Assembly: GCA_964349845.1 (NCBI GenBank)
Contig: CAYGHQ010000001.1
Location: 1 to 54,249, forward strand
Length of the DNA stretch: 54,249 nt
Reading direction: 5' to 3'
From: an uncultured Candidatus Saccharibacteria bacterium
GTDB taxonomy: Bacteria > Patescibacteriota > Minisyncoccia > Phycocordibacterales > CAYGHQ01
A program made the position numbers and the translations under genes. Under the pieces are notes generated by a model. That model was not told the DNA's origin and ran no database searches. It was given only the letters and a program-made list of their open reading frames with translations. Shown here piece after piece: positions 8,565 to 17,130 of the stretch. Within the stretch, counting starts at the first letter, position 1. Each line of letters opens with the position of its first letter.

Positions 8565-8729
8565 AAATCCGAAGCACGAAATCCGAAATTCGAAACAAAC
8601 GAAGCCAAATAAAGAAAGACCAAATAATCCAAAGCAAAAAACCAACAGAAAAACATTCTTCGTTTTGGATTTTGAATTTTCTACATTTTCTGGATTTGTT
8701 TCGGATTTCGAATTTCGGATTTCGTGCTT
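8565..8729. repeat. Family E intergenic palindromic element, copy 2
   Basis: The left arm AAATCCGAAGCACGAAATCCGAAATTCGAAACAAACGAAGCCAAATAAAGAAA pairs imperfectly with the right arm 8688..8729. Confidence 0.85.
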
Positions 8730-8780
8730 AATTAAATTTTCTTAGAATTCAGATTTTTTTAAATAAATTTAATTAATTGT

Positions 8781-10049
8781 ATGTCTAACTCAATCATAGA
8801 AATCAAAGGCGTCAGCAAGCGCTACAATATCACCCACGAACACGGGAAATATATCGCCCTCAGGGACATTCTGGCGAACATTCTCCGGAATCCTTTTAAA
8901 TATATTTGGACAAAAACCAGAAAAGCCGTAGGCAGAGATAGCGTGGAAAAATTCTGGGCGCTTCGCGACATAAACCTTACAGTTGAAAAAGGAGAAGTAA
9001 TCGGCATTATAGGAAGCAACGGCGCCGGCAAATCCACTCTCCTCAAAATTTTGACAGGCATCACTCCGCCCACCGAAGGGGAAGTTATTATGCGGGGGAA
9101 AGTTGCCTCTCTTCTTGAAGTAGGCACCGGATTTCATCCAGAACTTACTGGCCGAGAAAATATTTTTTTAAACGGCGCGATCCTCGGAATGACTAGGAAA
9201 GAGATCGCCCAGAAATTTGACAAAATTGTTGAATTCTCCGGAGTGGAGAAATTTATAGACACGCCCGTCAAAAAGTATTCTTCCGGAATGTATGTCCGTC
9301 TGGCTTTTTCCGTGGCCGCCCATATGGAACCGGACATTCTTCTTGTTGACGAAGTTCTGGCCGTAGGCGACGCCGAATTCCAAAAAAAATGCCTCGGCAA
9401 AATGGACGAAGTGACAAAGGGAGCGGGCCGGACTATTCTTTTCGTTTCCCACAACATAGCGGCCATCCAAAGAATATGCAACAAGACTGTTTTGCTGGAT
9501 AAAGGAAAGATGGTAATGTTCGGCCCCACGAACGAGGTCATAGAACGCTACCTCTCCGGAAATCGGGAGAATAGCGGGGAAACGCTTTTTAATACTGATC
9601 CGAAAAAAGACGCGGAAGTTACCGAAATATCTTTTGAAAACGAGAAGGGAGAAAAATCGGGAACATTCCTATCAAACGAGGCTTGGAAAATAAAAATCAA
9701 ATATACCGTCAAGAAAAAAGCTCCCAAAACTATGGTAACTCTTGAATTCTACTCAAATACAGGCACGATGTTTTTTATGACCACCGACAGCGATAAAGAG
9801 AAAGATCTTTTGGATAAGCCAGCCGGAGAATATGAAGCTGTTCTCTCTGTTCCGAGAAACATGCTCAATCCGGGAAGTTATACGCTCCGCGTTACCATCC
9901 AGTCGCCATATCAGAAAGTCTATGAGGGAGTGGAAGGCTTACAGGTCTCTATCCAGTCCTCGGGAGAAAATATCCGGGACAGCTATTTCCGCGGAAAATA
10001 TTACGGCTTTCTGGCGATGGAGATGGAGTGGCAAACTAAAAAACTATGA
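8781..10049 (+). CDS. wzt: Polysaccharide ABC exporter ATP-binding protein with a C-terminal extension (Wzt_C-like)
   Basis: 422 aa. It has Walker A GSNGAGKST, the signature YSSGM, and Walker B ILLVDE. About 170 further residues form a beta-rich C-terminal domain, as in Wzt proteins that recognise the glycan terminus. Confidence 0.85.
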   Translation: MSNSIIEIKGVSKRYNITHEHGKYIALRDILANILRNPFKYIWTKTRKAVGRDSVEKFWALRDINLTVEKGEVIGIIGSNGAGKSTLLKILTGITPPTEGEVIMRGKVASLLEVGTGFHPELTGRENIFLNGAILGMTRKEIAQKFDKIVEFSGVEKFIDTPVKKYSSGMYVRLAFSVAAHMEPDILLVDEVLAVGDAEFQKKCLGKMDEVTKGAGRTILFVSHNIAAIQRICNKTVLLDKGKMVMFGPTNEVIERYLSGNRENSGETLFNTDPKKDAEVTEISFENEKGEKSGTFLSNEAWKIKIKYTVKKKAPKTMVTLEFYSNTGTMFFMTTDSDKEKDLLDKPAGEYEAVLSVPRNMLNPGSYTLRVTIQSPYQKVYEGVEGLQVSIQSSGENIRDSYFRGKYYGFLAMEMEWQTKKL

Positions 10050-11263
10050 GGATAGCTATCATTCTCTCGGGCATAGCGGGAAAATCCGGAACAGAGAGGC
10101 AGGCTCTGTCGCTAGCCAGCGCGCTTAAAAGAGAAGGGCATCATGTTGATTTATTCTGTTACTGGCACTCTCCGGATAAATGCTACACGGAGCTTGTCAA
10201 AGGGTTTGATGTTCATTACGTAAAACTTCTCAAGGAAGAAAAACGCGCGGAAAAACCCGCCGGCCGAAAGTTCTTGCCCGAAAAAATCCGCTACTTCGGG
10301 AGAATATATTTTCCGCTTATCAAAAAAATTCTTTTCACGGAAAAGCCTTTGAAAGAGCTCAAAGAGCTTATGGAAAAAACCAATCCCCTTTCCTTTTATG
10401 ATGTCCTTAACCTGCACGAATACGAGATATGCGGAATTGCCCGGATTTTGAGGCACCCGAATATAGTCTGCATGCTAAATGACGCCGGACACACCATCTC
10501 GCGGGGGAAACATCCCATTCATAATTTTTTCTACAATATTCTCCAAAGAATTTACAACCGGCTCATCTTCCGAAACATAAAAAAAATTACCGTTCTCAAC
10601 GAAGGAAGCGTGAAAATCTGCCAAGAATCATACGGCCTGACTCCGACAGTAGTCCGAAGCGGAATTGATATTCAGATTTTCAAAGATTTTCCCGCCACAA
10701 GAGAATTTCCACCGAAGACTCTTAAAATCTTCGCTTCCGGCATTTTTTCTCCGCATCGCCGTTTTGAAGATTTGGCGGACGCCATAGAAATCGTCCGAGA
10801 TAAAGGAGTGAAAAATATTGAAGCGGAAATAAATGGAAAGCACGATAGACATCACGAATATTATCTTTTTATCCAAGAGAGAATCCGGCAAAAAAAACTG
10901 GATGGGTATATAAAAATTACAAGCGGTATGTCGGAGGAAGAGCTTCGCCGGAAAATCAGAGATAGCCATATTTTTGTTTTTCCGAATATAAATCAGACGT
11001 GGGGACTTGCCGTTTTTGAAGCGATGCTCGGAGGGTGCGTCCCCATCGTAAATCGGGAAGCGGGAGCAAGCGAAATTCTTACCGATAATAAAAACGCGCT
11101 TCTTGTCAATCCCCTATCGCCCCGTGAAATTGCCGATAAAATCATTTACTTGGCGGAAAATCCGCAAGTCCTCCAAAAAATCTCCGAGGAAGCCCCGAAA
11201 TTCGTAAAAGAAAATCTGTCGTGGGAAAAATACGCGGAAGCAATGCTTAAAGCGTTTAAGTAG
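10046..11263 (+). CDS. Glycosyltransferase family 4 (GT-B, GT1/GT4 type)
   Basis: 405 aa. The C-terminal EX7E-type region is FPNINQTWGLAVFEAMLGGCVPIV. The start overlaps the wzt stop (ATGA). Confidence 0.7.
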   Translation: MRIAIILSGIAGKSGTERQALSLASALKREGHHVDLFCYWHSPDKCYTELVKGFDVHYVKLLKEEKRAEKPAGRKFLPEKIRYFGRIYFPLIKKILFTEKPLKELKELMEKTNPLSFYDVLNLHEYEICGIARILRHPNIVCMLNDAGHTISRGKHPIHNFFYNILQRIYNRLIFRNIKKITVLNEGSVKICQESYGLTPTVVRSGIDIQIFKDFPATREFPPKTLKIFASGIFSPHRRFEDLADAIEIVRDKGVKNIEAEINGKHDRHHEYYLFIQERIRQKKLDGYIKITSGMSEEELRRKIRDSHIFVFPNINQTWGLAVFEAMLGGCVPIVNREAGASEILTDNKNALLVNPLSPREIADKIIYLAENPQVLQKISEEAPKFVKENLSWEKYAEAMLKAFK

Positions 11264-11265
11264 AT

Positions 11266-11527
11266 AAACATACCAATATACAAATAAATCCCTCCCCCGT
11301 AAGAACGGGTACTCCTTACAGGAGCAGTCCACTCTTTCGCTCTCGCCGACTCGAGCTGAAAGAGTCTTGCGAAGCTCCTTAAGGTCGCTTCTCACCCTTT
11401 AAGAAAGGGAGATTTAAATCCTCCTTTATTAAAGGAGGCCCGCCCGAACCGTCCGAAGCGTCCGCTTCGGTACGGGCGGGTGGCCGGTACTCCGGACGGA
11501 GGATTTTATTTGTATATTGGTATGTTT
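11266..11527. repeat. Family F multi-hairpin element, copy 1
   Basis: 30-nt terminal inverted repeats (11266..11295 and 11498..11527, 28/30 complementary) enclose a chain of short GC-rich hairpins. These include CCTCCTTTATTAAAGGAGG (11420..11438) and CCCGCCCGAACCGTCCGAAGCGTCCGCTTCGGTACGGGCGGG (11439..11480). Confidence 0.9.
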
Positions 11528-11557
11528 AATTACTCATAATATTGGTATGTTAACCTC

Positions 11558-12649
11558 ATGATCAAAGTAAAATTCACAACTACTTTTCCGGAGATGCCGA
11601 TAATAAAAGTTACTCCCGAATCAAAGGGGGTTGTCGGCAACTGCCAATTTTTTGCAAATCAGGAAGTGGAAAATCCGGACTGGTGGGTTATCGTGGAAGG
11701 CCTGTCAAAAAAAGAAAAAGCTGTCTGTCCGCCGGAAAACACCATTCTCGTTACCCAGGAAACAGATCTCACCAAAATTTACGACCCGAAATTCATAAAA
11801 CAGTTCGGCTGGATAATCACTTGCAACAGAAAAATAAACCATCCCCGCGCCATTTTCCGCGACCAGGGATATTCTTCATATTTATTTATGAGAAGGCGGA
11901 AGCCGGGGGAAAAATTTTCTGATTGGCAGGATAATTTCAAAAGCTACGACTATCTTCGAGCTATGACCGACATACCTAAAGATAAGCTTATGTCGGTTGT
12001 CGCTTCCCACAAGACGAGAACAGCCGGAGCCAAAGCCCGTAAGGAATTTATCATAAAAATGAAAGAACATTTCAAAGATGGGCTGGACGCCTTCTCAAAC
12101 CTGCCCGGAGTCTTCGGCCCCGATACCAAAATTTCCGGCATAAAATGGAACGCTGTCGCCCCGTATAAATATCATCTGGCTATTGAAAACAGTCTTGTCC
12201 CCCACTACTGGACGGACAAGATTCTTGACGCCTACCTTGCCGGAGCATATCCTATCTATTACGGAGATCCTTCGGTCGCGGAGTATTTTCCCAAAAATTC
12301 TTTTACGATGATTGACATAAACAATATTGAGGAAAGCATAAAGATAATTGAAAAGGCCATTTCGGAAAACTATTGCGAAAAATACAAAAAAGAAATTTGG
12401 GAAGCAAGAAAGCTTTGTCTGGAGAAATACAACATTTTCGCGGTAGTCGCCGACACCATCTCCTCCCTGCCGTCCGGAAACAAAGCCAAGAAAATCTCCA
12501 TCCGCCCTGAAAAGCGCCTTTCCCTCGTTATCAAGCAGAAAGCCATAGAAATCGCGCAAAATATCCCCGTTATTTATCCAACCGTGAAAAAAATTTACCG
12601 AACGTACAGGAAACTGCGCTACAATCAAAAATTTGAAGATGAAAAATAA
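11558..12649 (+). CDS. Glycosyltransferase family 10-like (alpha-1,3/4-fucosyltransferase family)
   Basis: 363 aa. [36 protein letters not shown] matches the GT10 C-terminal motif (FxLxFENSxxxxYxTEK...PVxxG). Confidence 0.65.
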   Translation: MIKVKFTTTFPEMPIIKVTPESKGVVGNCQFFANQEVENPDWWVIVEGLSKKEKAVCPPENTILVTQETDLTKIYDPKFIKQFGWIITCNRKINHPRAIFRDQGYSSYLFMRRRKPGEKFSDWQDNFKSYDYLRAMTDIPKDKLMSVVASHKTRTAGAKARKEFIIKMKEHFKDGLDAFSNLPGVFGPDTKISGIKWNAVAPYKYHLAIENSLVPHYWTDKILDAYLAGAYPIYYGDPSVAEYFPKNSFTMIDINNIEESIKIIEKAISENYCEKYKKEIWEARKLCLEKYNIFAVVADTISSLPSGNKAKKISIRPEKRLSLVIKQKAIEIAQNIPVIYPTVKKIYRTYRKLRYNQKFEDEK

Positions 12650-13790
12650 AAAAAATAAAACAACCCGGAATAATAAGAAAAAACCGCCGACAAAAACGGG
12701 AAAAAGAAAAACTCCCGCCAAAAAAACCAAAAAAGTTTTGGTTACGGGCTCGGCGGGACTTATCGGATCGGAATCGGTCAGATTTTTCGCCAATCTAGGT
12801 TTTGATATTATCGGAATTGACAACAATATGCGGGAGTATTTTTTCGGCAAAGAAGCCAGCACGGACTGGAACAGAGAACTTCTAGAGAAAAATCATAAAA
12901 ATTATATCCACCGGAACGCGGATATCCGCGACAATGAAGTTATTGAGGAAATTTTCCGGAACAATAAATTTGACCTCATTATCCACACGGCAGCCCAGCC
13001 CTCGCACGATTGGGCAGTAAAGGAGCCATTCACTGATTTCGAAGTAAACGCGCTGGGCACTCATATCCTTCTTGAGAATTTCCGGAAATACTCCCCGGAG
13101 GCAGTTTTCATTTTTACTTCCACGAACAAAGTCTACGGAGATAGGCCCAACACTCTGCCCCTCATTGAAAAAGAGACAAGATATGAATTGCCGGAAGAAC
13201 ACAGATACTGGAAAGGGATTGACGAGAGCATGAGCATTGACGACTCCAAACACAGCATTTTCGGAGCGTCCAAAGTCGCCGCAGATATAATGGTTCAAGA
13301 GTATGGAAAATACTTCGGCCTCCGCGCGGCTATTTTCCGAGGGGGATGCTTGACAGGTCCGGCTCACAGCGGAGCGGAACTTCACGGATTTCTGGCATAT
13401 CTTATCAAATGCGTAGCCACCGGAAAAAAATACACGATTTTCGGGTACAAAGGAAAACAAGTGAGAGACAACATCCACTCGCGCGACCTTGTCAGAGCTT
13501 TCCATCATTTTTATTTGAAACCTCGCCACGGAGAAGCGTATAATATGGGTGGCGGGAGAAACTCAAATGTCTCAATTTTGGAGGCCATAGATAAAATTGA
13601 AAAAATCTTGGGGAAAAAAGCGGTTCTTGAATACAAAGAAACCAACAGAATAGGAGATCATATTTGGTACATTTCCGACGTCTCCAAATTCAAAACGCAC
13701 TATCCGGAATGGGATTTTGAGTATAATATAGACGACATCATAAAAGAAATTTGCCAGAGATGGAAAGATAATGGAAACCGCCAACCTTAA
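12639..13790 (+). CDS. NAD-dependent sugar epimerase (CDP-paratose 2-epimerase-like extended SDR) with a lysine-rich N-terminal tail
   Basis: It has the Rossmann motif [13 protein letters not shown] and the catalytic motif [11 protein letters not shown] (YxxxK-like region). [12 protein letters not shown] is typical of the CDP-paratose epimerase group as I recall it. The first ATG at 12639 adds about 33 K/T/N-rich residues, and there is no in-frame alternative start before the Rossmann strand. Confidence 0.7.
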   Translation: MKNKKNKTTRNNKKKPPTKTGKRKTPAKKTKKVLVTGSAGLIGSESVRFFANLGFDIIGIDNNMREYFFGKEASTDWNRELLEKNHKNYIHRNADIRDNEVIEEIFRNNKFDLIIHTAAQPSHDWAVKEPFTDFEVNALGTHILLENFRKYSPEAVFIFTSTNKVYGDRPNTLPLIEKETRYELPEEHRYWKGIDESMSIDDSKHSIFGASKVAADIMVQEYGKYFGLRAAIFRGGCLTGPAHSGAELHGFLAYLIKCVATGKKYTIFGYKGKQVRDNIHSRDLVRAFHHFYLKPRHGEAYNMGGGRNSNVSILEAIDKIEKILGKKAVLEYKETNRIGDHIWYISDVSKFKTHYPEWDFEYNIDDIIKEICQRWKDNGNRQP

Positions 13791-14544
13791 AAAAATAATA
13801 GTTGAAACGGCAACAGAATCCCATGAAGGGCATATTCCTTCCGCTTTTTCCATTTTGGATATTTTATGGGTTCTTTACGATAAAATTTTAAAAATTGATC
13901 CAAAAAATCCAAAAGACGAAAATCGGGACAGATTTATTTTAAGCAAAGGGCACGGATCGCTAGGACTTTACGCGGTTCTCGCGGAAAAAGGGTTTTTTCC
14001 TCGAGAAGAGCTTTTAGAGTTCGGGAAATTTGATTCCATTTTGGGGGGACATCCGGACAGAAACAAGGTTCCGGGAGTGGAAGCGTCCACCGGATCTTTA
14101 GGGCACGGCTTGCCCATGGCAATCGGCATGGCTCTCGGTTTAAAAATGAAAAAAAACGGGGCAAGGGTTTTTGTCATTGCCGGAGACGGAGAGATGAACG
14201 AAGGAAGTATGTGGGAATCCCTCCTTTTGGCAAGCCATCATAAGCTTAACAATCTGTACTGCATAGTTGATTACAACCATTCCACCGACCGCGCTCTTTT
14301 GATCGGAGATCTGGAGAAAAAATTTGAAGCGTTCGGATGGGAAACAAAAACGATTGACGGGCATAATCGCGAAGAAATTGAAAAAGCTCTTTCCGAAAAA
14401 AACTCGGAAAAGCCGATAGCTATTATCGCAAACACCATAAAAGGACACGGGATCAAAATGATGGAGAATAATCCGGAGTGGCATCATAAGACGCCCAAGG
14501 AGGAAGAAATGAGAGAAATTTTAGAGCAACTGAAAACTGTATAG
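13771..14544 (+). CDS. Transketolase, N-terminal (ThDP-binding) subunit
   Basis: 257 aa. [33 protein letters not shown] and [12 protein letters not shown] are transketolase PP-domain motifs. Confidence 0.85.
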   Translation: METANLKKIIVETATESHEGHIPSAFSILDILWVLYDKILKIDPKNPKDENRDRFILSKGHGSLGLYAVLAEKGFFPREELLEFGKFDSILGGHPDRNKVPGVEASTGSLGHGLPMAIGMALGLKMKKNGARVFVIAGDGEMNEGSMWESLLLASHHKLNNLYCIVDYNHSTDRALLIGDLEKKFEAFGWETKTIDGHNREEIEKALSEKNSEKPIAIIANTIKGHGIKMMENNPEWHHKTPKEEEMREILEQLKTV

Positions 14545-14568
14545 TTAATGCTGGTATTATTGCAATTT

Positions 14569-14718
14569 TAAAATCCGAAGCACGAAATCCGAAATCCGAA
14601 ACAAAGCCCAAAAATAAAGAAAATTAAAAATTCCAAACAAATTCGGTTACATTTTGAAAATTAGAATTTTGAATTTGCCTTCGTTTGTTTCGGATTTCGT
14701 GCTTCGGATTTCGAATTT
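14569..14718. repeat. Family E intergenic palindromic element, copy 3
   Basis: AAAATCCGAAGCACGAAATCCGAAATCCGAAACAAAGCCC pairs with GCCTTCGTTTGTTTCGGATTTCGTGCTTCGGATTTCGAATTT. It sits between the two transketolase subunit genes. Confidence 0.85.
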
Positions 14719-14728
14719 ACAAAATAAA

Positions 14729-15607
14729 ATGCGCAAACAATTCCCCAAAACAATAGAAAATTTGATGGAAAAAGACAATCGCCTTGTCGTTCTTTTGGGC
14801 GACATCGGCGTTTTTAGTTTCCAAAACGTTTTTTCCCGTTTCCCCGACCGAATTTATAATATCGGCATTTTGGAACAATCTACAATAGGAATGGCATCGG
14901 GACTTGCTATGGAAGGGTTTATTCCCATAGTCCATACCATCGCTCCGTTCTTGGTTGAAAGAGCCTATGAGCAATTAAAAGACGATTTCGGCTATCAGAA
15001 ACTTTCGGGAAAATTCGTAAGCGCCGGAGCATCCTATGACTACTCGGCCTTGGGTTCTACTCACCACTGCCCCGCCGATGTTCCTGTCCTAAAGCAAATT
15101 CCTGAAATGGAAATTGTTTTGCCCGGAACGGGAGAAGAGTTTGATTCCCTTTTTAAAGAAACTTACGCGAACGGACACCCGACTTATTTCCGCTTGAGCG
15201 AAAATAAAAATGACGCAAGCTTCCCTGTCGCTTTTGGAAAAGCAAATGTCGTAAAGCAAGGCAAAAAAGCAACAGTCATTGCCGTAGGGCCGATGCTCAA
15301 AAATGTTTTAACCGCCTGCAAGGACGAAGATGTAACAATTTTGTATTACACGACCGTAAGCCCATTTGACAAAGAGACTCTCCATGAAAATTTTGTCGGA
15401 GACAAAGTGATATTATGCGAGCCGTATTACAGCGGAGCTCTAGCTTTTGACGTTGCAAGCGCCTTGTCAGATAAAAAAGTTGAAACGCATTTTATCGGAG
15501 TTCCTTTGGAATTCTTGCGAAATTACGGAAAAGCTGAAGATCAAGATAATTTTTTGGGCTTGACAGAAGAAGCTATTGGGATAAAAATCAGAAAAATTTC
15601 AATATAA
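14729..15607 (+). CDS. Transketolase, C-terminal (pyrimidine-binding) subunit
   Basis: I chose the ATG at 14729 (MRKQFPKTIENL...); the longer track ORF begins inside the repeat. GILEQSTIGMASGLAMEGFIPIVHT is the Transket_pyr motif. Confidence 0.85.
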   Translation: MRKQFPKTIENLMEKDNRLVVLLGDIGVFSFQNVFSRFPDRIYNIGILEQSTIGMASGLAMEGFIPIVHTIAPFLVERAYEQLKDDFGYQKLSGKFVSAGASYDYSALGSTHHCPADVPVLKQIPEMEIVLPGTGEEFDSLFKETYANGHPTYFRLSENKNDASFPVAFGKANVVKQGKKATVIAVGPMLKNVLTACKDEDVTILYYTTVSPFDKETLHENFVGDKVILCEPYYSGALAFDVASALSDKKVETHFIGVPLEFLRNYGKAEDQDNFLGLTEEAIGIKIRKISI

Positions 15608-15611
15608 TGCT

Positions 15612-15713
15612 AATCCACGAATCTTATGCGAATGCCACGAATAACACGAATCCACAAAGTGGGATTCTTTATTCGTAAATTTGCATGATTTGTGGCATTT
15701 GCATGCATTCGTA
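15612..15713. repeat. Intergenic imperfect palindrome built from CACGAAT words
   Basis: The central stem is CGAATCCAC aaa GTGGGATTCT. The flanking pairs are CGAATAA/TTATTCG and AATGCCAC/GTGGCATT. Confidence 0.7.
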
Positions 15714-15723
15714 TATTTGAATT

Positions 15724-16548
15724 ATGTTTAAAAAAAATAAAACAAAAAAGGGAGAGCTTGCCGGACGAACAGCGTTTATAACCGGCGGAAGCCGAGGAAT
15801 AGGCTTTGCCATAGCGGAAGCTATGGCCGAAGCGGGAGCGAATATCGCCATCTGCGGACGGGACAAGAAAAATTTGGACAAGGCTGTTTCCCTCCTTAAG
15901 AAGAAAAAAGTTTTATGCAAAGGATACACAGCCGATGCTTCCCGCCTTCCCGATGTAAAAGAGACTATAAAGAATATCAAAAAAGATTTCGGACGGCTGG
16001 ATATTCTTGTCAATAATATCGGCGGGGTCAAACAATTCTCCGGTTTTGACGCCCTTTCGGACGAGCACTGGATGGAAGTTTTTGACGTGAACATTATGAG
16101 CATGGTCCGCTTCACCCGCGAGGCCTTCCCTCTCCTTCAAAAATCCAAACACGGGAGGATTATAAATATGGCAAGCGTAGCCGGAAAAAGGCCGGGAAAT
16201 TTTAATCCCCATTACGGGGCGATGAAAGTAGCTATGATACATTTGAGCAAATATCTTTCCAACCAATGGGGAAAGCACGGAATTCTCGTGAACTCGGTTT
16301 GTCCTCATACAGTCAAGGGCGGAGTCTGGGAAAGAGACGTGGCCGAAAAAGCGGAAAGAGAAAAAACTACAATTAAAGAAGCGGGAGAAAAGCTTATCAA
16401 GGAAGTCGGGGCCAAAACCCCCCTAAACGGAGTGGTTGAACTTTCCGACGTGGCGCATCTTTGCGTCTTCCTAGCATCCGACAAAGCTAAATTCATCACC
16501 GGCCAATGCCTCGCCATTGACGGCGGAGCCGTCAATTCTATTTTTTAA
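15724..16548 (+). CDS. SDR-family oxidoreductase (FabG-like short-chain dehydrogenase)
   Basis: 274 aa with TGGSRGIG, NNIG and YGAMK (YxxxK) motifs. Confidence 0.85.
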   Translation: MFKKNKTKKGELAGRTAFITGGSRGIGFAIAEAMAEAGANIAICGRDKKNLDKAVSLLKKKKVLCKGYTADASRLPDVKETIKNIKKDFGRLDILVNNIGGVKQFSGFDALSDEHWMEVFDVNIMSMVRFTREAFPLLQKSKHGRIINMASVAGKRPGNFNPHYGAMKVAMIHLSKYLSNQWGKHGILVNSVCPHTVKGGVWERDVAEKAEREKTTIKEAGEKLIKEVGAKTPLNGVVELSDVAHLCVFLASDKAKFITGQCLAIDGGAVNSIF

Positions 16549-17056
16549 AATTTTCAGGAGATAATTCCCTTTTGATTTTTTCTATTATTTTCGTCGTGGA
16601 GATATTTTCAAATTTTTTGGGGCAGGAGCGGGAAAGCACAATTAGCTTAGTCCCGTATTTTTTGGCAACTTTTCTTCTGTAGGGAATGTCGTAAGCATCT
16701 TCATTGACTGCGTAAATATCGGGATGAAGATTTTCAAAAATAGGGACAACTTTGTCAAAAAGATTTTCTGTGTCGGGAGTGGGAGGATTGATAAAACAAA
16801 AATCAACGGACTTAAATGAATCTACAACCTTGAGCCGAACATCCTGATTCATTATGGGGCGATTCGGCCCTTTTTGGATTTTCATCTCGTCGTCCCGCCC
16901 AACCATTACAACCAAAACATCTCCCAGTTTTTTACACTCTTCAAAAAACAAAACGTGGCCGGCGTGAGGAAGATCAAAAGAACCGGAGCAGAAAACTATT
17001 TTTTTGTTCCGGTATTTTTTCCGCAAACCGGAGAGTTTATCAAAGGAAATAATCAT
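16538..17056 (-). CDS. Cytidylyltransferase-family nucleotidyltransferase (TagD / glycerol-3-phosphate cytidylyltransferase-like)
   Basis: I chose the ATG at 17056 (MIISFDKLSG...). CSGSFDLPHAGHVLFF contains the HxGH motif. The 3' end overlaps the convergent SDR gene by 11 nt. Confidence 0.7.
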   Translation of the reverse strand: MIISFDKLSGLRKKYRNKKIVFCSGSFDLPHAGHVLFFEECKKLGDVLVVMVGRDDEMKIQKGPNRPIMNQDVRLKVVDSFKSVDFCFINPPTPDTENLFDKVVPIFENLHPDIYAVNEDAYDIPYRRKVAKKYGTKLIVLSRSCPKKFENISTTKIIEKIKRELSPENFKK

Positions 17057-17130
17057 TACACAAAAATAATAAACTCTCTTGATATTTTTTGCAATAGAAA
17101 AAGCGCCCGCTTCACGGGCGCTTTGCTGTT

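Noticed and set aside
7545-8780. An integron attC-site interpretation of the intergenic imperfect palindromes between co-oriented promoterless genes.
   Set aside because: No RYYYAAC / GTTRRRY core sites are at the element ends. No intI integrase or attI is in the window. The elements are much more AT-rich and word-repetitive than attC sites. Several lie between genes of opposite orientation.
12095-12862. A long antisense ORF of 255 aa. Similar ones lie at 28715..29404(-), 407..916(+), 44814..45380(-), 52769..53212(-), 15669..16115(-), 18252..18794(-), 12882..13529(-), 31579..32007(-), 51013..51968(+) and 5260..5742(+).
   Set aside because: All lie opposite or out of frame to ORFs with clear family motifs. 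They have low-complexity or biased composition and no recognisable domains. They are shadow ORFs expected in A/T-skewed coding sequence.
14654-14728. A longer N-terminus for the transketolase C subunit (MKIRILNLPSFVSDFVLRISNLQNK...). The same issue arises for 37851..37874, 23792..23827, 42344..42367, 29445..29468, 16538..17134 and 44857..46686.
   Set aside because: The extensions start at TTG/GTG codons inside repeat elements or the preceding gene. They translate palindromic DNA. In each case an ATG just before the conserved domain gives a normal-length protein.
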